From an uncultured Candidatus Saccharibacteria bacterium (lineage in GTDB: Bacteria; Patescibacteriota; CAZHWT01), in NCBI GenBank assembly GCA_964536215.1, contig CAZHWT010000002.1, positions 20,573-84,572 of the forward strand: a DNA stretch of 64,000 nt, in the 5' to 3' direction. Numbering within the stretch: the first letter of the stretch is position 1; each line of letters opens with the position of its first letter. Position numbers and translations under genes: made by a program. The notes below the pieces were generated by a model. The model saw only the letters and a program-made list of their open reading frames with translations. It had not been told where the DNA came from and did no database searches. Positions 19,677-28,473 of the stretch are shown here, piece after piece.

Positions 19677-20279
19677 ATGAAAATAACTTTTGAGCTCCCA
19701 ATAGATAGCAAAGTTCATCAGTATTGTACGAATTGCCTACAGGAAAGCGTAGAAAGAGTTTTTGTGGATGGAAAGACATACTATAAGTGCAACAACTGTC
19801 AACAGACTCTGCCGCGCAGCCTGGTTATCGATCCGCAGGTAACATGGTGGGTAGATCAGGAAACCAAAGAATATTGGCATGAGAGTGTCGGTATAATAAT
19901 TTCCAATCGCAATAAAAAAATACTATTGTTTGACAGAAAGATTTTTCCATTCGCTCTAACTATTCCCGCGGGTCATTTGGATGCTGATGAAGAGCCATTG
20001 CTGGCTGCTGTGAGAGAAGTTAGCGAAGAAGTCGGCGCTACTCCGCTTGACGTAGCATTATTTTCCCAAGAAGATGTCATTGGCGATGAATGTCGACGCG
20101 GTGCTGATGCTCATCGTTGGAGTTTATTCACCGGTACGCTAAGCGACACTACACCCTTGACACTAAATGATGAGGCTGCTGACGCAGTCTGGCTAACCAT
20201 CGATGAAGCCCTAAACAAAGAATTAACGTATCCGCTGCGCTATTTCTTGCAAAAATACGGCTCGCAATTGATTAAGTAA
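19677..20279 (+). CDS. NUDIX hydrolase with N-terminal zinc ribbon
   Basis: Nudix box GHLDADEEPLLAAVREVSEEVG. N-terminal CxxC...CxxC. Confidence 0.8.
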   Translation: MKITFELPIDSKVHQYCTNCLQESVERVFVDGKTYYKCNNCQQTLPRSLVIDPQVTWWVDQETKEYWHESVGIIISNRNKKILLFDRKIFPFALTIPAGHLDADEEPLLAAVREVSEEVGATPLDVALFSQEDVIGDECRRGADAHRWSLFTGTLSDTTPLTLNDEAADAVWLTIDEALNKELTYPLRYFLQKYGSQLIK

Positions 20280-20332
20280 CTAAAACCACTATGGGCAGGT
20301 AAGCGCTATGGCGCCAACCTGCCCTGGGAATA

Positions 20333-21073
20333 CTAGATCTTCATCCCTAATCGCTCAACCTCCTGCTCGATAGCAGAGGTCAAGCTGTCCACTTGCTGAA
20401 TCCGCTTACGGAACAGAGGCCAACCCGTTTCAGCGGCTGTTTGCTCTGGTGGATGACGGTAATCAACCTCAACCACTTTCCATGGTAACCCGTCACGAAT
20501 GATCCGCAGTTTGGGGATATGGATACTATCCCACCGGTCTCCGTACTCTCCTTGGTAGTCCAGATAGTACTGAACTGCCCGTTTGCTCAGAACAGTTGGT
20601 CCCCAACCAAAATCACAATCGATTCCGGTCAGGTATTTTGTAGCCAGCGCGATGAGCTGGTAGGCCATGGCCTGTTCTGGCGGATATGAGGCAAGGCTCT
20701 TCCGCCGCAACATCACCAGGTCATAGCCATGGTCGGTCACGTCCGCTGCAGCTTCGCCTAGTAGTGGCACCAGAGGGTATTTCTCTGGCTCCATCCATAC
20801 GATAGCCGATCGCTCCGATGAGACCGCCAACGCCCGCCGCAATGCCTGCCGCCTGGCCTTACCCATGCCGGGCTCATTCTGCGCATAAATGATAGCTCCC
20901 AGAGATTTAATGGCATTATAGTAGACTGTTGGCGAATCAGCGTCGACCGTTACTAGCCTGTAATCATAGTTTAGAGCTGCCTCAACTGTTTTTAGTGAAC
21001 ACTCCACCCGCACCCGCTCCTGTTCAGAGCCATACGAGGCTAGTGTCGTTGTCGCGATAACCGTCTGACTCAT
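20333..21073 (-). CDS. hypothetical protein
   Basis: 246 aa, AAGGAGA RBS. Confidence 0.5.
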   Translation of the reverse strand: MSQTVIATTTLASYGSEQERVRVECSLKTVEAALNYDYRLVTVDADSPTVYYNAIKSLGAIIYAQNEPGMGKARRQALRRALAVSSERSAIVWMEPEKYPLVPLLGEAAADVTDHGYDLVMLRRKSLASYPPEQAMAYQLIALATKYLTGIDCDFGWGPTVLSKRAVQYYLDYQGEYGDRWDSIHIPKLRIIRDGLPWKVVEVDYRHPPEQTAAETGWPLFRKRIQQVDSLTSAIEQEVERLGMKI

Positions 21074-21229
21074 GCCTGCTTCTCCTTCGCGAGTAATATG
21101 AGTATCAAACAGAACGATGAGGGAATTATACCAAACTATGGGCTTATGTCAAGCTCAAAATGTTATGCAAATAAAGTACGCACCCCTTTACACAATGGAA
21201 CTAGACCTAGATAGGTGATTAACTGGGCT

Positions 21230-21261
21230 AAAAAAGAAAACCCCGCAGAATGTCGGCGGGG
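21230..21261 (-). terminator. rho-independent terminator
   Basis: CCCCGCAGAATGTCGGCGGGG hairpin followed by a T-run on the minus strand. Confidence 0.6.
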
Positions 21262-21292
21262 TGGGATTGTGAGTCGTGTGGACACGTAGTCT

Positions 21293-21424
21293 TTAGTCAG
21301 CCAGTGTCTCAATCAAAGCTGACAGAAATGACGTAGTCACGTGATCCGTTGCTGGAACTAGCTTTTGTCGGGCATAGTTTAGGAGTTCACCGTTAAAAAG
21401 ACTGTCGCACAGCCTCTTTCTCAT
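21293..21424 (-). CDS. small hypothetical protein (43 aa)
   Basis: ATG with an AAGGAGA RBS. The track ORF starts with TTG at 21517. Confidence 0.3.
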   Translation of the reverse strand: MRKRLCDSLFNGELLNYARQKLVPATDHVTTSFLSALIETLAD

Positions 21425-21515
21425 GCCCGTCTCCTTTGTTATATGGCCAAAGTGCTCAACGTTTTCGATAATACCACACTCATGCCACGTCCCCGTTGAT
21501 GGAAGACTTCTGATC

Positions 21516-21542
21516 AAAAAACCCCGCCGGAGTCCGGCGGGG
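21516..21542 (-). terminator. rho-independent terminator
   Basis: CCCCGCCGGAGTCCGGCGGGG hairpin plus a T-run on the minus strand. Confidence 0.6.
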
Positions 21543-21567
21543 TAACAATAACTAATTTTTCGTCTGT

Positions 21568-22038
21568 TTATGAAGAGGTTGCCATCTTGCTTGCCAAGGC
21601 AGACAAGAACGAGGTTGGCGTCGGCACTGATGCCATGTCCATCTGTTCTTGGGCATAGCGCACTACTACCCCGTTTAGAACAGCATCGCAGACTCTCAAG
21701 ATCTGAATAACGGTTGCGTCCTCCAACATGGACGCAGAGTCGCCTACATCAAGAAAACTTGTCAGGCAGCCTCGTTTGCGATCAAACGAAATCATTAAGA
21801 TGGTGTGTGCGGATCTCAACGGTGAGATAAAAACGGTGACGTAGTTAGACTGGTCCTTAACCGTCACGACGTTACCCGAGATGATGCCTGTGTTCTCACA
21901 CCAAGCAAGACCACTTGAAGTTGGCATAACAGTCCAGCCAACTTCTGAGCTGAAAAAATCGACGCCAGCCTGCTTGAGTGCGGTAGCTAAGTCTTGAGCT
22001 ACGGGCGAAACAAATGCAACCGATGATGCAGCTTCCAT
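21568..22038 (-). CDS. hypothetical protein
   Basis: GGAGAG RBS before an internal ATG; the track ORF extends to 22077. Confidence 0.45.
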   Translation of the reverse strand: MEAASSVAFVSPVAQDLATALKQAGVDFFSSEVGWTVMPTSSGLAWCENTGIISGNVVTVKDQSNYVTVFISPLRSAHTILMISFDRKRGCLTSFLDVGDSASMLEDATVIQILRVCDAVLNGVVVRYAQEQMDMASVPTPTSFLSALASKMATSS

Positions 22039-22266
22039 TTTTCTTCTCTCCAATGCCTGCAATATTGCAGGATACAAATATACTACTATAGGTTACTAAT
22101 GTCAAGTTGGAATTGGCTAACTTTTGCATAGAACAAACAAGTATATCCTATAATATATTGATTATATAACTATAACGTGATATCATCAGCTCAGATTTTT
22201 ACTCGCATCACAAATGCGACAAAAGTCTTGCCCTTTAACAACTTGTGTTTGTGCAGGAGCAATTCT

Positions 22267-22821
22267 ATGGTTAGACAGGTTAGCGCCAAGGTGGTGCCGC
22301 GTAAAAACGGCATTATTCTTCTTGGACAAGCTGGAGAGGTGAGTATTACAGCCACAATAACAGTTCGCGATCAACGCCGCATTTATCGACAGTCTATGGC
22401 AACGGTAAGAGGCTTAAGGGTCTTTGCCGCCGCCAAACTGATCACAGAAGCCGCTACAAACCGATTTCTCGTTGCGGTGCAGCAAGAATTGTATTGGGAA
22501 GGACGGCAGATTTGGTCCGTTATAGACCCACTGGTTGGTAGCCGGGCCATTTATTCTTACCCTGAGAAAGTTTTTTCTTTTCCCAGGGACATGAAATTAG
22601 ATGGCGCTTGGGTATTGCAGTCCAGCATTGCCGTAGTGAGCATGGAGTCATTGCCAGAGTTAGGCAGAGACAGATTTCTGCAGGCTCTGCAGTACAATCC
22701 GCTCGGTCGCATGGAGTGGTACATTTACCACAACGAGCTCCTGGTGACGCCGACTGGTGAACGAAGGCCGGAAGTACCTCGCCCACGTCAAGATGTGGTC
22801 GTTGACATGAACGACATTTAG
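22267..22821 (+). CDS. hypothetical protein, first gene of the E2/JAB/E1 operon (candidate Ubl or substrate-recognition component)
   Basis: AGGAG RBS 8 nt before the ATG at 22267. A possible TTGCAT/TATAAT promoter lies upstream. The gene abuts the E2-like gene. Confidence 0.5.
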   Translation: MVRQVSAKVVPRKNGIILLGQAGEVSITATITVRDQRRIYRQSMATVRGLRVFAAAKLITEAATNRFLVAVQQELYWEGRQIWSVIDPLVGSRAIYSYPEKVFSFPRDMKLDGAWVLQSSIAVVSMESLPELGRDRFLQALQYNPLGRMEWYIYHNELLVTPTGERRPEVPRPRQDVVVDMNDI

Positions 22822-22838
22822 CAAAGGTGGTGTCTGCT

Positions 22839-23378
22839 ATGCCATACCGTTGGTTTTCAACCTATCATGAGAACAATTGGAGTCCTCAACGGGGCTACAA
22901 TGAGCTATTCGCCAAAGAAGTCCAGCAGGTCAGGGCATTCTTTTTCCTCGAACGAGTTTCGTTTGGGTTAGACCGGGGCGTAGGAAAATGGCGGAAATAT
23001 AACCGTGATGGAACAACGTATTATGCTCGCGTCAGTCAGTTTGAGTGGGGTAAGCTTTCTAAACTGGTAAAGTTTGAGAGCCCTGAATTCAGATTGCAGC
23101 TCGAGCTATCCACGAAACAGCATCAATCAGGTGTCTTTTTTAAAAAAAGCCTGGTTTTAGTATTTCCAACCAATTACCCTCGGGCTCGGCCTGACTGCAT
23201 CGTCGACTCTGCTCGATATCGCCAGCTCAGTGCATCCCACGATCATCACACATTTTCTAATGGTTGGATGTGTTTGACCAGCGATCAAAAACAATGGTCA
23301 GATGCATGCATGGCCGTAACGGCTATCAACTGGGCCGTAGAGTGGATTCATTTTCACTATACGACCTTTGGATTTTAG
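22839..23378 (+). CDS. E2-like (UBC-fold) ubiquitin-conjugating-enzyme-like protein, copy 1
   Basis: UBC-like landmarks are FPTNYPRARPDCIV..., HHTFSNGWMCL (HPN-like plus catalytic Cys) and W...INWAVEWI. RBS AAAGGTGG. Confidence 0.65.
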   Translation: MPYRWFSTYHENNWSPQRGYNELFAKEVQQVRAFFFLERVSFGLDRGVGKWRKYNRDGTTYYARVSQFEWGKLSKLVKFESPEFRLQLELSTKQHQSGVFFKKSLVLVFPTNYPRARPDCIVDSARYRQLSASHDHHTFSNGWMCLTSDQKQWSDACMAVTAINWAVEWIHFHYTTFGF

Positions 23379-23383
23379 AAAGG

Positions 23384-23983
23384 ATGGCGGGAATGCGCCA
23401 CTGGTTTACAACCTACACCGGAGCTGATTGGACGCCGCAACAATATGGCTATAACAGCCTATTTGCTGAGCATGTCCAGGTCATTCGCGATTATTATCGC
23501 CTCCGTAAACAGCGGCCAGGAGCAGAAATTGGCACTGGATACCGGCGCCAATACTCTCTTCAGGGCAAAGATTGGTCAATCGAAATTACGCGGTTTAGTT
23601 GGGGCAAATATCGCCGAGTTGGGAACGATTTAGTCGATAATGTTGGAGGCGACTACATCACCCCTCACTTGGAGTTGGAGTTTGTCATTTACGATAGCAC
23701 CGGACAGGTATTCATTAGTGATATCCCGATGGTGATCGAATTTGCGCCAGACTTCCCTGCCTCACCACCAAGGTTCCGATTGGATTCAGATCAGTATCGA
23801 GCCTTTAGTGGCACCGATGCCTCTCACCACATCCATAAAGGTGGATGGATGTGCATTATGGGCGGGGGGTACAGCTCTCGCTATACTACTTCGGAATGGA
23901 ATCCTGACGTCGACACTATTCTGGCCGGCCTTCACCGGGCATTTGACTGGATTGTGTGGCATCAGACCAAGTATGGATGGTGA
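23384..23983 (+). CDS. E2-like (UBC-fold) protein, copy 2 (paralog)
   Basis: Alignable to copy 1 (MRHWFTTY.. vs MPYRWFSTY..). Conserved HHIHKGGWMCI. The start is 5 nt after the copy-1 stop. Confidence 0.65.
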   Translation: MAGMRHWFTTYTGADWTPQQYGYNSLFAEHVQVIRDYYRLRKQRPGAEIGTGYRRQYSLQGKDWSIEITRFSWGKYRRVGNDLVDNVGGDYITPHLELEFVIYDSTGQVFISDIPMVIEFAPDFPASPPRFRLDSDQYRAFSGTDASHHIHKGGWMCIMGGGYSSRYTTSEWNPDVDTILAGLHRAFDWIVWHQTKYGW

Positions 23984-23988
23984 CAACC

Positions 23989-25266
23989 ATGACCGACAAC
24001 GCTGAAAAATCCACTCAGCAATCTGAATCGACGCCTGCTGCGAATGAACAGGCATCAATACTGTCCCCAGAAACCGCGACACCGCCTCAGAAAAAGTTAA
24101 ACTCGATCCTGGCCACCCTGAGAAAAATATTTTTCAATGGGTCCGAATCGAACACTGTATCTGAGGATGAACTGTTGGTTAAAGATCGAGCACCTCGCTC
24201 AGAGGAGTCGTCAGTAGTAATTGGGCCAACATTAGCAGAGCTTCTGGATAAGGCTCAAAAGCCTCATTCGGAAACGCCCTCAGCACCGCGGCCAAAACGG
24301 TTCGTCATTCCGCGCGTCGAGATTACCGCTGAGGTTATGTGCGTGATGGCCCAGGAAGTCATAGACAATGCCCATCAAGAGACCTCGTGGGGACTATACG
24401 GTATCCGCGATAGTCGCGATCAGGTCGTTATCTGTGGGGTATTGCTGCCAGATCACACCGTCCGTCGTAGTGTTGGCAATACAATATTTGGTTCGCCAAG
24501 TTATGGTGAAGAGATACGCTGGCTGAAAGCCAGTTATGAGTTTCGCAAAAAGCATGGCCTCGTGCCGGCAGATACCGAGCTCGAGTTCCTGTTCAAGGGA
24601 CACTCCCACCATACTCTAGGACTGCGGCGGTATTCTCCCACAGATATAGCATCCATTAAGGATGCAGTATCTAGTGGTTTAAGAATCGCCATTGGGCCAT
24701 TGGCCAACATTGACCGATTAGACCGCAAAGCCGATATCCGCTCAAGTGGAGATCGTGGTGCACTGACTATTCAAACAGGCAATTCCGTTACCTTCCATTT
24801 TTATTACCTATCACAGATGATGGTTGAAAATGGTATACGGGAGCCTGTCCTGATTCAACCGCACATTCGTAACGATAACTCTGTTACTCCACCACCAAGT
24901 TGCTGGAAGTTCCGCAAAGCTGACCTCTTTAGTCGTCAGATATCGCGACTTGCATCACATGGCTGTACTGTAACAGAGCAGTGGGCTGGCCAAAAGGACG
25001 GTTCACTACGGATTGTACTGAAGTTGACTCATCCTCATTGGGCAGGCGAGCTAAAAATTAGCACACCACACAATTTTCCCGATTCAGCCACGGAGATTAC
25101 CCTCCCGGATGGCCAGAAACAATTGTTTGAGCCAATTTCTGGAGCGGCTAATCCAGGCCAACAATTTGACCTGCTCGATATTGTTGTCGAGCTAGAACGA
25201 GAAGGAGCATTGTATGACCATGCAGTTGTATCGGACTCAGGGAATCCTGGACCTAAGCCAAGTTAG
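23989..25266 (+). CDS. JAB/MPN(+) metalloprotease-motif protein with a disordered Ser/Glu/Pro-rich N-terminus and a C-terminal region of unknown function
   Basis: JAMM-like motif GHSHHTLGLRRYSPTD (HxH...SxxD) with an upstream Glu. Operon position between E2 and E1. Confidence 0.55.
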   Translation: MTDNAEKSTQQSESTPAANEQASILSPETATPPQKKLNSILATLRKIFFNGSESNTVSEDELLVKDRAPRSEESSVVIGPTLAELLDKAQKPHSETPSAPRPKRFVIPRVEITAEVMCVMAQEVIDNAHQETSWGLYGIRDSRDQVVICGVLLPDHTVRRSVGNTIFGSPSYGEEIRWLKASYEFRKKHGLVPADTELEFLFKGHSHHTLGLRRYSPTDIASIKDAVSSGLRIAIGPLANIDRLDRKADIRSSGDRGALTIQTGNSVTFHFYYLSQMMVENGIREPVLIQPHIRNDNSVTPPPSCWKFRKADLFSRQISRLASHGCTVTEQWAGQKDGSLRIVLKLTHPHWAGELKISTPHNFPDSATEITLPDGQKQLFEPISGAANPGQQFDLLDIVVELEREGALYDHAVVSDSGNPGPKPS

Positions 25267-26134
25267 GCAGCAAAAGCTGCTGGTGCTTGGTCTAGGTAGC
25301 GTCGGTTCGCTATGCGTAAGCAATCTAGCCTACCCATGGCGGCAAATTGTCCTAGCTGACCCAGACACTCTGGAGCCAGAGAACATTGAACGCCATCTGC
25401 TAGGCCACGACGGCAACATCGGTCAACCTAAGGTTGACGGTGTTAAGCGATGGCTCGTAGATCGGGGCATGCAGGAGCAAAATATTACCGCCTATCATGG
25501 TAATGCTCTTGACATTCTTGATCAGCACACAGACGCCGATCTGGTGCTCGTTGCAATTGACAAACGTCGTGTCCGCGATGCAATTAATGGCTGGTGTTAT
25601 TCTCATCGAATCCCAGCTATGTATGGCGGCGTTTATCCTAAAGCCGTCGGTGGGCATATCATGGTTATACCGGATCCCCACCAAGCATGCTATCTGTGCG
25701 CCGAACACCTAATGGGTGGCGATACACAGGATAGCAAGGAGGTTAATTATGCTGTAGATATCACTCAAATTAAAGACGAGAGTGATATGGAGGCGGCTGT
25801 CGCTCTTCGCGCTCCAATCAATGCCATTGCCACTACCATGGCCAATCTGGCACTTGATTTTCTCAAAGGAAGTACGGTAGAATCCCAGGTATTCATTCAG
25901 GTGTTTGCCGAATGGGAAAATATCGTCATGTTGCCTCATCAGCACCCGGTTGTCGAAGCTTCTTCGCACTATGCGGAGCAGCTAAAGAAGACCATGCTGA
26001 TGCCAACAGAGGAGGTTCAAATTGACGGCCAATGGGCCGTTATAAATCGACGTAATACTACGGCTCAGTTGAGCTTGTATCGGTGGGCAAAGTGCCCGCT
26101 TCATCTTGCTCGTGTTGAGCTTGATCAAATTTAG
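25214..26134 (+). CDS. E1-like ThiF/MoeB-family adenylyltransferase
   Basis: Rossmann LVLGLGSVGS...LADPDTLEPENIERHLLG. CxxC near HQACYLCAE. GAAGGAG RBS. Overlaps the JAB gene by 53 nt. Confidence 0.75.
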   Translation: MTMQLYRTQGILDLSQVRQQKLLVLGLGSVGSLCVSNLAYPWRQIVLADPDTLEPENIERHLLGHDGNIGQPKVDGVKRWLVDRGMQEQNITAYHGNALDILDQHTDADLVLVAIDKRRVRDAINGWCYSHRIPAMYGGVYPKAVGGHIMVIPDPHQACYLCAEHLMGGDTQDSKEVNYAVDITQIKDESDMEAAVALRAPINAIATTMANLALDFLKGSTVESQVFIQVFAEWENIVMLPHQHPVVEASSHYAEQLKKTMLMPTEEVQIDGQWAVINRRNTTAQLSLYRWAKCPLHLARVELDQI

Positions 26135-26147
26135 AAAGAGGACAGAC

Positions 26148-26375
26148 ATGGTTAGGGACTTTAGCGCTGAGAATGAAATTCCCGAAGTCGAAGTGATCGA
26201 TCCGGGTGGAGCTCCGCAGGGGCTGGGGAACCGCTTCTTCGGCAATATTCCCGGTTTGGGAACGGTGCAACGGGCTATCCAGCCTGTTGAGATTGTCGAC
26301 GACGAGGGAAGGCCGGCAATGATGCAGGACGACGCTGGCATCCAGGCTGCTTCAAAGCGGCACACGTTTGCCTAA
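26148..26375 (+). CDS. small Gly/Pro-rich, probably disordered protein (75 aa) ending the operon
   Basis: AAGAGGA RBS 6 nt before the ATG. The sequence contains DPGG and low-complexity GLG repeats. Confidence 0.45.
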   Translation: MVRDFSAENEIPEVEVIDPGGAPQGLGNRFFGNIPGLGTVQRAIQPVEIVDDEGRPAMMQDDAGIQAASKRHTFA

Positions 26376-26407
26376 ATCACTGCCACTAGGTAGCAACGCC
26401 CGAGGGA

Positions 26408-26444
26408 TATTCTATATCCCCCGGGCATTTTTTATGCATAAAAA
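26408..26444 (+). terminator. rho-independent terminator of the E2/JAB/E1 operon
   Basis: GCCCGAGGGATATTCTATATCCCCCGGGC hairpin followed by ATTTTTTAT. Confidence 0.6.
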
Positions 26445-26495
26445 ACCGGAGCAGCAGATACATTGACTGTATCCACCGTCTCCGGTTATATACTC

Positions 26496-27788
26496 CTATC
26501 CTCCCGCTCGAGATTGCTTAGCGGCCGTATGGTGTTGCTCAGCCAGCAGCGCCACAAAGGAACGGCGCTCTTGAATGACTTTAACCTTGGCACTTAGGAT
26601 AGCTGCGTCCATCTTTCCGCCGCCTAAGCTGATGTACTCCAGTCTTTCCTCCTCTTTCTGTAATTGTCGAAGCACGTCTTCCGGCATGTCGTAAATAAAC
26701 ATCAGGCAATATTCCCAGGTCTGATCAAAATCAACCTCGAGTTGAATCAAATCTGACTGGACTTTCTCGACCTGAGCTAAGAGAGTTGCCTTGCTATCTC
26801 GCACCATGCTCAACGACTGCTTGGCTTGCTGGATAATTATGTCAGCGTCCACCATGGCTTGGATAGCTTCTTGCCAGTTTTGCGCATCCATACTAATCTC
26901 GTGCTGCAGTTGTGGCAGACGGGACCAGCAGTGGTTTATGACTTCTACTGCTGCCTTGAATATCCGACGTGGTTCCTCAAGGCAAGAGTCTGCATAGATG
27001 TCGGCGATCTCATTGATAACCTGCTCAGTCTGAGGGATATCCTTCACCCGCGCATCAGTCACTTCAGCAATAAACTCGCCAAGCGCCTTTTCGGCCCGCC
27101 CCTTGAACTCCACAAGCTTTTTTATTTTGCGCCGCGTGGCTACGAGGTGCTTGTGGTATTGCTTAGCCAAATCGGCTGCCATAAAAGGGTTCTGGTTCTG
27201 CTCACGAATCGCCTGTTCTAGTAGGTCCTTAGTTCTCAGGCATTCCTGATAAAACGGCTGGACCTGGTATTGCTGTCGAGCCAGTTCGTTTAATTCGCCG
27301 ACAGTCCTATGCAGCAAGTTCTCGGTTACTCGAATAGCTGCTTTTACTTCAACATAAGCAGCAGACAAGTTCTGCATCGCTGCTATTTGCTGCTGCATTG
27401 AGGAAGCCAAATGGACAAAGTTAGTATGGAGTAGTGACGACTTTCTGATCACAGCTTCAAATTGGTATTTTGAAGTAACGCGCCCCTCATTCCACTCTTG
27501 TACGAACTGAGACCAGGAGGTCGCCAATTCGTTATACCTGCGAAGACTGGCACTATACTCAGCCTCTCGCTGAGTAATCATTTCTGAATCGATTTGCAGT
27601 TGGGCCAGTTGATTCCAAGCGTCACGTAATTGTGAGCATAATTGACGAACTTCACGCTCCTTAACTGGAACTGCAACTACTTGTCGTGTCGCAGTCTGAC
27701 GAGCCTGATCAAAGGCTGACCAATTGGTCAGTCCGACCAGGATACCAATAAGCACTACTGCCACCAGTAGTGGAAGCCATATTGCCAT
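26496..27788 (-). CDS. membrane-anchored coiled-coil protein (EzrA-like architecture)
   Basis: N-terminal TM segment (MAIWLPLLVAVVLIGILVGL) followed by ~400 aa of heptad-rich helix. AAGGAGG RBS. Confidence 0.55.
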   Translation of the reverse strand: MAIWLPLLVAVVLIGILVGLTNWSAFDQARQTATRQVVAVPVKEREVRQLCSQLRDAWNQLAQLQIDSEMITQREAEYSASLRRYNELATSWSQFVQEWNEGRVTSKYQFEAVIRKSSLLHTNFVHLASSMQQQIAAMQNLSAAYVEVKAAIRVTENLLHRTVGELNELARQQYQVQPFYQECLRTKDLLEQAIREQNQNPFMAADLAKQYHKHLVATRRKIKKLVEFKGRAEKALGEFIAEVTDARVKDIPQTEQVINEIADIYADSCLEEPRRIFKAAVEVINHCWSRLPQLQHEISMDAQNWQEAIQAMVDADIIIQQAKQSLSMVRDSKATLLAQVEKVQSDLIQLEVDFDQTWEYCLMFIYDMPEDVLRQLQKEEERLEYISLGGGKMDAAILSAKVKVIQERRSFVALLAEQHHTAAKQSRAGG

Positions 27789-27999
27789 TGAACACCTCCT
27801 TGGAAGGCAAGGCTAATCAACGTTGTAAACGTGCTGAGGCTAATAAAAGGCTCAAACGGATTATATCACAAAATACATAATTATAGGGTTTATTTGAATC
27901 GATGAATTATATTTATTAATACTAAGAGTCTCAGTAAAAAATGGCTTCACTGGATATAGTTGTCCAGTGAAGCCATTGGTGGTTAAGCAAGGCTAGCTA

Positions 28000-28167
28000 T
28001 TAGCTCTTCTTGCCACCGTTGTTGCCACCCCCGCCCTTGAGCGAGTCGTGGTGATCTTTCTTTTTCTCAAAGTTTTTAGACTTTGAGGAGTCGTCGGCCT
28101 TTTTTTCTCGGTCTCCTGACTTTTTGTTGCCGAACGGGGTATAGTTGGGTTTAGGCTTGTTTGCCAT
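28000..28167 (-). CDS. small Lys/Gly-rich basic protein (55 aa)
   Basis: AGGAGA RBS before an internal ATG. Ends ...GGGGNNGGKKS. Divergent from the giant gene. Confidence 0.4.
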   Translation of the reverse strand: MANKPKPNYTPFGNKKSGDREKKADDSSKSKNFEKKKDHHDSLKGGGGNNGGKKS

Positions 28168-28473
28168 GCTCCATCTCCTGGAGTATGCGGCAGATACCGC
28201 GCAGTGCTCAGACTCCCTAAGCGAGGCTATGGTACCACAATTATATGTAAAGCACAATAGTAAAACTAAAAGGTTACATTAGCGTAGCGGAAGCTGTTGT
28301 AGGAGTATAACGTCGTGGCTATGATCCGACTAACAATTCTCACACTTATCTTTACCACAGAATATCTCACATGATTGCCGGTGCAAGCTTAAGTGTCGGT
28401 TAGTAAAAGTTTATACTAGTAGCTGTCAAAAGTATTGGACAGAAATTGGCAATGGAATAACGGTCATCTAGCC

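Noticed and set aside
23264-23383. Upstream extension of the second E2-like ORF, overlapping the first by 115 nt
   Set aside because: Homology to copy 1 begins at the ATG at 23384 (MAGMRHWFTTY vs MPYRWFSTY), 5 nt after the copy-1 stop. The extension is an ORF-track artefact.
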